A DNA stretch of 43,118 nt, taken from positions 1 to 43,118 of the forward strand of contig JANLOX010000007.1 in NCBI GenBank assembly GCA_031366795.1, read 5' to 3'. Source of the stretch: Candidatus Eiseniibacteriota bacterium. GTDB taxonomy: Bacteria; Eisenbacteria; RBG-16-71-46. The translations under genes were made by a program, and so were the position numbers. The notes under the pieces are model-generated. The model worked only from the letters and a program-made list of their open reading frames with translations, had not been told where the DNA came from and did no database searches. This document shows, piece after piece, positions 36,407-43,118 of the stretch (the stretch's first letter is position 1; each line of letters opens with the position of its first letter).

Positions 36407-37055
36407 CCGTTCGCGGGTAGGGCTTCCACTCCGGCATTGCGGCCTGGTCGATGGGCGGGACAATGCGCCACTCGCGGCCGAGGCGGCGCAGTTCGCTGGT
36501 GGTCACGAAGTGCTGGGCCTGCGTCGTCCCTGCGGGCGTGAACTGGACCTCGTACATGGCGGTGATGCTGTTCGATTGGGCGGTCACGACGTGGATCGAA
36601 GCGACCTTGAGCGAGTCGACCGGCGGGAGGAACCACACCATGCCCGGGAAGGGCATCGAGGCCTGCGGATCGGTGAAGCATTGGGTCACGGTAGTCATGT
36701 CCCCGTCGCGAAGTGCAGCCCAGTAAGTCGTCAATGCCGCTCCTGGCGAGCGGAAGCGGACATCCTGCCGCAATTGCTCACCCTGGCCGAGCAACGCGAC
36801 GCAGGCGACAAACAGGAAGCCCCAAGCGCGGACACGGGAGATCCGGCCGCGCGGCAGTTCGATTTCGGGAGTTACATATTCGGATTCGCCCGGACGGGAC
36901 AGCGCCTGGCCTGCGGCATCGAGCCGGGGCAGCAGTTCCAACTCGGCGGTAACGCCCGTGTCTCCCTCCTGTCTTACACCGGAAGGGTCCTTGGGTGTCC
37001 CGCCCTGGGCGACGGTGAAGTTGCGAGGGGGAATGCGATCGAGTTGCACGGTCAC
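36396..37055 (-). CDS. Hypothetical exported/membrane-anchored protein (NTF2-like by pattern); true start probably downstream of 37055
   Basis: Hydrophobic segment WGFLFVACVALLG then SP..AL..YW.AL..GD...EWRIV; no clear SD/start pair. Confidence 0.6.
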   Translation of the reverse strand: MTVQLDRIPPRNFTVAQGGTPKDPSGVRQEGDTGVTAELELLPRLDAAGQALSRPGESEYVTPEIELPRGRISRVRAWGFLFVACVALLGQGEQLRQDVRFRSPGAALTTYWAALRDGDMTTVTQCFTDPQASMPFPGMVWFLPPVDSLKVASIHVVTAQSNSITAMYEVQFTPAGTTQAQHFVTTSELRRLGREWRIVPPIDQAAMPEWKPYPRTVDS

Positions 37056-37266
37056 CGCGGGGTTCGGGCGTCCTGCCAGTCGGTGCCACTGCTTGCGCGG
37101 GGTGCGGAAGGAATGGCGTCAACCAGAGACAGCGCACAAAGTGTTCCGCGCGGAAACCGGCGAAGGTTCAGACCGGGAGTGGCCATCAGTCGGGCTGCAC
37201 TCCGCCCCGTAGCCCTTTACGACACAGCGCCATAGAGCTGACCGCTGAGTCGCGGTCGAGGTGCCC

Positions 37267-39177
37267 CTAGCGGCTGCGAGGTGGACGCGAAGGACGTCCG
37301 GGTCGCGCCGAACCGCCCTTCGTGGGGCCAGTACGGGGCTTCTGCCCCACCTGACTACGCTTACCCGCCGGCCGCCCGACGGGCCCGCGAGGCGGACCGC
37401 TGGAGGTGCGCGATGAGGGTCCACGCGCGCCGCCACGGGGCGCGCCTGAGGATGGGCGACTCGATGGCCCGCGCGGCGGAGCCCCGAACGGACGGCTTCC
37501 CGGACTGTTGTCCGGACGGCTCGATGTGGCGCGGGAGAATGGACGTGGCGGCCGGGCGGCCGGGCGGCTCGAGACGCCGCGAGAGGGCGCGCCCGACGGA
37601 CGGCTCGAGGCGCCGCGAGACGGGCCGGCCGAAGGACGGCTCGAAGCACCACGAGGCGAACCGCTGGACGGACGGCTCGATGGGCCGCGCGACATTCCAC
37701 GCGGTGCACCGGCTGAGGGACGACTCGAAGCACCACGAGGCGGGCCGCTGGAGGGACGGCTCGATGGGCCGCGCGACATCCCGCGTGGCGCACCGGCTGA
37801 GGGGCGAGTCGATGGGCCGCGCGAGGGCGTGCGCGGCGGGGCGCCCTGTCCCTCGCTACGGTTGGACTCGGACCGCGAGTAGCGGCGTACGGAGTCTGCA
37901 TCGCCACGCCCCGGCCTGCTGGCGCGTGCGGGCGGCCGCGGCGGAGTCCTGCCGGAAATGCGATCCATCGCGCGTTCCTGGCGGCGCGCGGGTGAGCCAA
38001 AATCGTGTGTGGGGCGCTGCGGGCGAGACTCGTACATGCTTTCGTCGCGACCCGGATGCTCGCGGCGCGGCCTGCCGGTCGCGGGGCGCTCGCGGTCTCC
38101 CCTGCCACGCGGTGCGCTCTCGCGACGCGGTCCGGCACTCGCGGGACGTGCGCGATCGAACCGCTCACTCGATGCGCCTTCGCGATGCGGGCCACCCCTC
38201 GCAGGTCGCTCCCGATCAAAGCGCTCGCGGGGTGCCCCCTCGCGGCGCGGACCCGCACTCGCGGGACGTTCGCGATCGGTACGGCCACGCGGTGTACTGA
38301 CACGGCGACCGGTGCCGGGCGCCACGCGTTCTTCACGCGGGCGCGGCTCAAACGGCGCGCGGCGTGGGCCGCGGCCCGTTGCGGCACCGCTCTGGCTGCT
38401 GACCAATCCCCGTCGCGCGCTGAAGAACTCGCCGCGCCGGGCGTTGCGTGTCGTCGGGCGCGCGGATGATGAGCGCAGGCGATCCACTTCATCCTGGCTC
38501 AACTCGCGCCACATGCCACGCTCGACCGGCCCGAGCTTGATCGGACCGTAGGCCCAGCGATGCAGGCCGGTCACGTTCAGGCCAATCGCCTCGCACATCC
38601 GTCGCACCTGGCGGTAGCGGCCTTCATGGATCGCCAGCTCGATCAACCCCTGGCCCTTCTCGGCTTCGAGCGTGCGCGCGCGCGCGGGAGCACTCACCAC
38701 ACCGGGCTCGAACTCGACGCCGTTGCGCAGGCGCATCAGCTGGTTGTCGGTCGGCGGGTGATCCACCCACACGCGGTAGACCTTCTCCACGCCATAGCGC
38801 GGATGCATCAGGTGATGCGCGAGCTCGCCGTCATTGGTGAGCACGAGCAGTCCGCTGGTATCCGCGTCGAGCCGGCCGACGGGAAACAACCGCACTCCCG
38901 ATGGCATGAAGTCACGCACGGTGCGGCGCCCTTCGGGATCGCTCAGGGTGCTGATGACGCCGATCGGCTTGTTGAGCACGTAGTAGCGCAGCTGCGCTTC
39001 GCCCGGCATCGCCTTGCCCGCGACTTCGATGCGATCGCTCTGCGGATCGACCATGGTGCCAAGCTCGCGGCAGATTTTGCCGTTGATGCGCACCTGCCCC
39101 TCTTCAATGAGCAGGTCGCACTTGCGCCTCGAGGCGATGCCCCGGCTGGCGAGCAACTTGTTGAGCCTGATGGTCAA
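37267..39177 (-). CDS. rluB: 23S rRNA pseudouridine synthase (RluB/RsuA family) with ~390-aa R/S/P/G-rich C-terminal tail
   Basis: S4 domain RLNKLLASRGIASRRK, NKP, GRLD catalytic motif, EGRYRQVRRM; downstream of scpAB. Confidence 0.92.
   Translation of the reverse strand: MTIRLNKLLASRGIASRRKCDLLIEEGQVRINGKICRELGTMVDPQSDRIEVAGKAMPGEAQLRYYVLNKPIGVISTLSDPEGRRTVRDFMPSGVRLFPVGRLDADTSGLLVLTNDGELAHHLMHPRYGVEKVYRVWVDHPPTDNQLMRLRNGVEFEPGVVSAPARARTLEAEKGQGLIELAIHEGRYRQVRRMCEAIGLNVTGLHRWAYGPIKLGPVERGMWRELSQDEVDRLRSSSARPTTRNARRGEFFSARRGLVSSQSGAATGRGPRRAPFEPRPREERVAPGTGRRVSTPRGRTDRERPASAGPRREGAPRERFDRERPARGGPHREGASSERFDRARPASAGPRRESAPRGRGDRERPATGRPRREHPGRDESMYESRPQRPTHDFGSPARRQERAMDRISGRTPPRPPARASRPGRGDADSVRRYSRSESNRSEGQGAPPRTPSRGPSTRPSAGAPRGMSRGPSSRPSSGPPRGASSRPSAGAPRGMSRGPSSRPSSGSPRGASSRPSAGPSRGASSRPSGAPSRGVSSRPAARPPRPFSRATSSRPDNSPGSRPFGAPPRGPSSRPSSGAPRGGARGPSSRTSSGPPRGPVGRPAGKRSQVGQKPRTGPTKGGSARPGRPSRPPRSR
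37390..37830 (-). repeat. Coding tandem repeats (~36-bp RGxSSRPSxGxP unit, including a near-exact 84-bp duplication)
   Basis: ctcgaagcaccacgaggc occurs at 37640 and 37724 (84-bp period). Confidence 0.85.
38061..38280 (-). repeat. Coding tandem repeats, 60-bp period (~4 copies; ERPASAGPRREGAPRERFDR-like)
   Basis: Degenerate copies start at 38061, 38121, 38181 and 38241. Confidence 0.8.
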
Positions 39178-40118
39178 GCTTTGCCTGAGTCGGGGACCGA
39201 CGCGTGCACGGGCTCGCCTTCGAGCGTCTCGGAAAACTCGTCCTCGGCCTTCGCGTCGAGGTCTTCGTCTTCATCGAACTCTTCATCGTCGTCGATGTCG
39301 TCGAGTTCCTCTTCGTCTTCATCGCCCGCCTCGGCTTCGTCCGCGTCGTCATCGTTGAGATCGGCATCGTCATCGTCGTCGAACTCGTCGTCATCCGCAG
39401 CGGGATCAAATTCGTCGTCGTCCTCGTCCGGGCCGTGACCTGCCGCGCCATTGCGGCCGGCGACCACCGCATCGACGGCCACGCCGACTCCCGCGCCGCC
39501 CTCCGCCGTGGCGGCTTCGGCCAGGGCGAGTTCGCTGGCCCCCTGCGAGACGACTTCGGCATCCATCAGGTCGAGCTGCTCCGGCTCACGCGCGGCGATC
39601 AGCGCGCGCAACTCTTCCGGACGCGGCAACTCGGTCAAGTCGTTGAGCCCGAAGTAGTCGAGAAACTCAGGCGTGGTGCCGTACAGCAAAGGCCGGCCGA
39701 CGACTTTCGAGCGGCCGCGAATCGTGACGAGGTTGCGCTCGAGCAATGTCGTGAGCACCCCGGACGCGTCGACGCCGCGGATCGATTCAATCTCGGTCTT
39801 CGTCACCGGCTGCTTGTAGGCGACGATGGCCATCGTTTCGAGCGCCGGGCGCGACAGCCGCATCTTGCGCTTGCCGCGCAACATGCGCCCCACCCACTCG
39901 GCCTGCGCCTGTGTGGTGACCAGCATCCAGCCGCCGGCGATCTCGCGCAGTTCGACTCCGGCTTCGCGCGCGCCATAGGCTTCGCCGAGTTCGTGGAGCG
40001 CGCCGCGGATGACTTCAGGATCGGTATCGACAGACTCGCTCAGCAGCGCGAGCGTCAGCGGCTGATCGGACGAGAACAGCAGCGCTTCAAGCGCTGGGAG
40101 CAGATTCGACGGAGGCAC
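39174..40118 (-). CDS. scpB: SMC-Scp complex subunit ScpB with acidic C-terminal tail
   Basis: LEALLFSS, LSRPALETMAIVAYKQPVT, IRGVD, GRPLLYGTT.EFLDYFGL. Confidence 0.96.
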   Translation of the reverse strand: MPPSNLLPALEALLFSSDQPLTLALLSESVDTDPEVIRGALHELGEAYGAREAGVELREIAGGWMLVTTQAQAEWVGRMLRGKRKMRLSRPALETMAIVAYKQPVTKTEIESIRGVDASGVLTTLLERNLVTIRGRSKVVGRPLLYGTTPEFLDYFGLNDLTELPRPEELRALIAAREPEQLDLMDAEVVSQGASELALAEAATAEGGAGVGVAVDAVVAGRNGAAGHGPDEDDDEFDPAADDDEFDDDDDADLNDDDADEAEAGDEDEEELDDIDDDEEFDEDEDLDAKAEDEFSETLEGEPVHASVPDSGKA

Positions 40119-40917
40119 TGTCCGATTCTCCTGGCTCGCTGGTGACGATCATGATGTCACCAAACGTCTCTTGCTGGACGATGAGCGCGTCGCCGAGCTT
40201 GATCAGCTCGAGCAGCGCAATGAACGTGACCACCATTTCGGAACGCGAGCGGCAGGCGCTCAGCAGTTCCTCGAACGACAGCCGGCCGCGACTGCGCAGC
40301 GTGGCGGACAGCAACTCGAGCTTGTCCTCCACCGCATACGACTCGGCGTGAATCTCATAGACCGTCGGTTCCTGGATGCGCGACATCACGCGGTTGAGCG
40401 CATCGAGCAGGTCGAACAGCGACACGCTCGCCAGCGGCAGCGGACCGGCTTCATCCTCGCCCGGCAACATGCCGCGCTCGTACATCGAGCGGCGCTCTTC
40501 CTCTCGCGTCTTGAGGGTGCCGGCGGCTTCCTTGAACTGGCGGTACTCGACGAGGCGCTGCACCAACTCCTCGCGCGGATCGCCCGGCAGCTCTTCCTCG
40601 CCCATTGCCGGCAGTGGCAGCAGCATCTTCGCCTTGATGCGCATCAGCGTCGCCGCCATCACCAGGAACTCGCCGGCCACCTCGAGATCGAGCGTGCGCA
40701 TCAGCTCCAGGTAACGGAGGTACTGGTCGGTGATGTGCGAGATCGGGATGTCGTAGATGTCGACTTCGTCCCGCTTGATCAGGTGCAACAACAGGTCGAG
40801 CGGACCCTCAAAACGTTCGAGCTTGAAATTGACCACACCCGTCTGGCGGGTCACGAACGGCGAGGGCGCCGGCTCGTTCGAAACGGCTGTGGTGTCGCGT
40901 TCGTCAGTCGTGCTCAT
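40087..40917 (-). CDS. scpA: Segregation and condensation protein ScpA (kleisin)
   Basis: FEGPLDLLLHLI, EFLVMAATL..IKAKMLLP, DPREELV.RL.EY, TFIALLEL. Confidence 0.96.
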   Translation of the reverse strand: MSTTDERDTTAVSNEPAPSPFVTRQTGVVNFKLERFEGPLDLLLHLIKRDEVDIYDIPISHITDQYLRYLELMRTLDLEVAGEFLVMAATLMRIKAKMLLPLPAMGEEELPGDPREELVQRLVEYRQFKEAAGTLKTREEERRSMYERGMLPGEDEAGPLPLASVSLFDLLDALNRVMSRIQEPTVYEIHAESYAVEDKLELLSATLRSRGRLSFEELLSACRSRSEMVVTFIALLELIKLGDALIVQQETFGDIMIVTSEPGESDSASVESAPSA

Positions 40918-41987
40918 CGGGACAGCGCTCCCTCGAAGTTGATCCGCATGCTCGAGCGGACGAGTTCCATCGTCTGTTGCGCCGCCGCGCGCGCGCGCGC
41001 GTTACCGTCGCGGATCACGTCGCGCACCAGATCCGGCTCGGCGAGCCAGGCGCGGCGCCGCTCGCGAATCGGCTCGAGCGCCGCGTTGAGCACCTGCGTC
41101 AAATGCTTCTTGTCCGGCACGCACGGCAGCTCGCCAGCGCGGCACTTGCGCGCGATCTCGTCCGCCTCGCCCGGATTGAACTTGCGGTGATACTCCCACA
41201 CCACGCACCCGCCGTGGCCGTCGGATTCGTCGGCCTCGGGCCTGCCCGGGTCGGTGGCGCGCAGCTTCTTGGGGTCGGTGTAGGCCTTCTTCACCTTCGC
41301 CTCGACATCCTGGGGCTCATCGGTGAGCAGGATCGTGTTGCCCATCGACTTGCTCATGCGCTGGCCATCGAGACCGCGCAGGCGGCCAAACGCGGTGAGC
41401 TGCGCCTCAGGCTCCGGAAACACGGGATCGCGTCCCTCGCAATAGACGAAGTTGAAGCGGCGCGCCAACTCACGCGTCAGCTCGATGTGCGGAACCTGGT
41501 CGAGCCCCACCGGCACATGCGTGGCGCGGTACAGCAGAATGTCGGCCGCCTGCAGCACCGAGTAGCCGAGGTGCCCATACGAGATCGTCTGCTCGTCCAG
41601 CCCGAGATCGCGGATCTGTTCCTTGAGCGTCGGGATGCGTTCGAGCCGCGACTTGCTCACCAGCATCGACAGCAGCAGGTGCAACTCGGCGTGCTCCTTC
41701 ACCTCGGACTGGATGAAGATGACGCTGCGTTTCGGGTCGATCCCCGCGGCGAGCCAATCGACCACCATGTCGAAGCTGTCGGCCTGCAGCCGCGAAGTGT
41801 CCTCGTAGCCGGTGGTCAGCATGTGCCAGTCGGCGACCATATGCAGGTTTTCCCAGCCCTCGTCCTGCAGCCGCACCCAGTTCTCCAGCGCGCCCACATA
41901 ATTGCCGAGGTGCAGCCTGCCTGTGGGGCGCATGCCCGACAGGATGCGGCCCTTGGTGGCTGGCTTTGCGATGGGATCGGAAGTCAC
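40914..41987 (-). CDS. trpS: Tryptophanyl-tRNA synthetase
   Basis: SGMRPTGRLHLGN, QAADIL, VPVGLDQ, RMSKS; start placed at GTG 41987. Confidence 0.97.
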   Translation of the reverse strand: MTSDPIAKPATKGRILSGMRPTGRLHLGNYVGALENWVRLQDEGWENLHMVADWHMLTTGYEDTSRLQADSFDMVVDWLAAGIDPKRSVIFIQSEVKEHAELHLLLSMLVSKSRLERIPTLKEQIRDLGLDEQTISYGHLGYSVLQAADILLYRATHVPVGLDQVPHIELTRELARRFNFVYCEGRDPVFPEPEAQLTAFGRLRGLDGQRMSKSMGNTILLTDEPQDVEAKVKKAYTDPKKLRATDPGRPEADESDGHGGCVVWEYHRKFNPGEADEIARKCRAGELPCVPDKKHLTQVLNAALEPIRERRRAWLAEPDLVRDVIRDGNARARAAAQQTMELVRSSMRINFEGALSR

Positions 41988-42125
41988 GACGGCGCTCCGG
42001 ACGGAACAGCAATGCGCATGGCGCAGGGCACGTTGGGGATCCGCGCAGACTATCGGGATCACTGCATTGAAGCAAGCCCGGCGCGCTTCATGTATCACTT
42101 GAAGCAAGCGCGCTTGCCGCCGCTG

Positions 42126-42154
42126 TTGCTGCGGATCAGCCCTTCGCCTAGCCT
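42126..42154 (+). promoter_or_regulatory. Sigma-70 promoter of the peroxiredoxin (leaderless geometry)
   Basis: TTGCTG-17 nt-TAGCCT, 6 nt before ATG 42161. Confidence 0.55.
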
Positions 42155-42160
42155 CGCCGC

Positions 42161-42670
42161 ATGAGCCATCCCGTAGCACCCGCGGAACTGCTTGGCAAAC
42201 CCCTTCCCGATCTCTCACTGACGGGCCCGGGCGGCGCTCCATTCGCGCTGCGCAGCTTTGTCGGGCGCTGCCCATTCGTGCTGTTCGTCTACATCCGCAA
42301 CGGCACGCCCGGTTGAGTACGCGAGCTGCGCGAGTTTCGCGTGCACTATCCCGAATTCACGGCCGCCGGCATCGCCCTCGCCGGCATGAGCCGCGACACG
42401 CCCGAGCACAATCGCGACTGGACGGAGCGATTGAGCCTCCCCTATCCCGTGCTGTCCGATGCCGATGGTGTTGCCGGGCGGCGGTTCGGCGTGCTGCGCT
42501 CGCTGCACATCGGCGCCTGGACGATCGAGTTCTTGCGCCGCTCCACTTTACTCGTGGCGGTGGACGGAACGATCGCGGCGGTGTGGAGCGATGTGCGGAT
42601 CCGCGGCCATGCGACGCAGGTGCTCGCCGCCGCGAAAGCGCTTACGAGGCCGGATCGCCCATCGCCTTGA
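42161..42670 (+). CDS. Peroxiredoxin (BCP/PrxQ-like) with in-frame TGA at the peroxidatic position, probable selenoprotein
   Basis: MSHP...LPDLSLTGPGG...VLFVYIRNGTPG-TGA-VRELREFR...GMSRD...PYPVLSD...RRSTLLV..DGTI; TGA at 42314-42316 is in frame with both halves. Confidence 0.85.
42317..42347 (+). promoter_or_regulatory. Candidate bacterial SECIS hairpin
   Basis: GUACGCGAGCUGCGCGAGUUUCGCGUGCACU directly after the UGA can form a stem-loop with a G-first apical loop. Confidence 0.5.
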
Positions 42671-43118
42671 GCACGATGAGCGTGAGGTCGTCGTCGGGAC
42701 CGCGCTCGCCCGCGAACTCGAGCACGTCCGCGACGATGCCATCCAGAATCTCCCGGGCGCTCTGTGTGGTTCGGCGCTGGATGCTCTCCTCGATGCGGCG
42801 CGTGCCGAACTGCTCGTTGTCCGCCGAGGCGGCCTCGGATACGCCGTCGGTGTAGAACACCAGCACATCGCCGGGACGCACGGCGATCGGGCGCTCTTCA
42901 TAGTGCGCCTCGCTCAGCACGCCGAGTGCGACGCCGCCATCGACCAGGTTGACGATCGAACCGTCGGCGCGCAGCAGGATCGGCGGGTTGTGGCCCGCGT
43001 TCGAGAACGTCAGCACGCGATTGCGGAAGTCGAGCAGTCCGTAGAACGCGGTGACGAACTTGTGGCGGTCCGTGCTCTCGAATACCAGGGAGTTCACCTT
43101 GCGCATCACGGCGCGAAT
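42642..43118 (-). CDS. SpoIIE/RsbU-type PP2C phosphatase, C-terminal part (5' end outside the window)
   Basis: KFVTAFY, SNAGHNPP, YTDGVSEA, DDLTLIV. Confidence 0.93.
   Translation of the reverse strand: MRAVMRKVNSLVFESTDRHKFVTAFYGLLDFRNRVLTFSNAGHNPPILLRADGSIVNLVDGGVALGVLSEAHYEERPIAVRPGDVLVFYTDGVSEAASADNEQFGTRRIEESIQRRTTQSAREILDGIVADVLEFAGERGPDDDLTLIVLKAMGDPAS

Noticed and set aside
37073..37090. Second sigma-54-like site (TGGCAC...GGCA, minus strand)
   Set aside because: GG-to-GC spacing is 9 rather than the required 10 nt.
37390..38280. Periodic repeats as a possible CRISPR array
   Set aside because: Periods are multiples of 3, copies are degenerate, there are no unique spacers or cas genes, and they lie in the rluB frame.
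42314..42316. TGA reassigned to Trp/Gly (genetic code 4/25)
   Set aside because: TGA terminates many genes here (secA, guaA, nosZ) and the position corresponds to a catalytic Cys.

Overview
High-GC bacterial chromosomal segment. A PorV-like gene and the overall gene set suggest the FCB superphylum, possibly Ca. Eisenbacteria-like (inference only). It is mostly housekeeping genes: topA-smg-secA-csp, a purN-HAD-purC-purH-guaA-slt operon, comEC, a PEGA protein divergent from mltD, a glgD-like/glgC pair, a porV-like gene and trpS-scpA-scpB-rluB. Embedded in it is a complete clade II (Sec/lipoprotein-type) nitrous oxide reductase cluster: hemerythrin, cytochrome c, nosZ-B-D-F-L, an extra cupredoxin-like gene, nosY and nnrS. 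It is transcribed divergently from a Crp/Fnr regulator, with two TGA-N6-TCA boxes between them. Signals the ORF track misses: (i) a peroxiredoxin whose peroxidatic Cys codon is an in-frame TGA followed by a SECIS-like hairpin (probable selenoprotein, 42161-42670); (ii) an orphan 5' (domain I) fragment of a group II intron at about 6651-6989, whose EBS1 still pairs with the flanking exon; (iii) a sigma-54 consensus site and several apparently leaderless promoters. No rRNA, tRNA, CRISPR array or intact transposase was seen.
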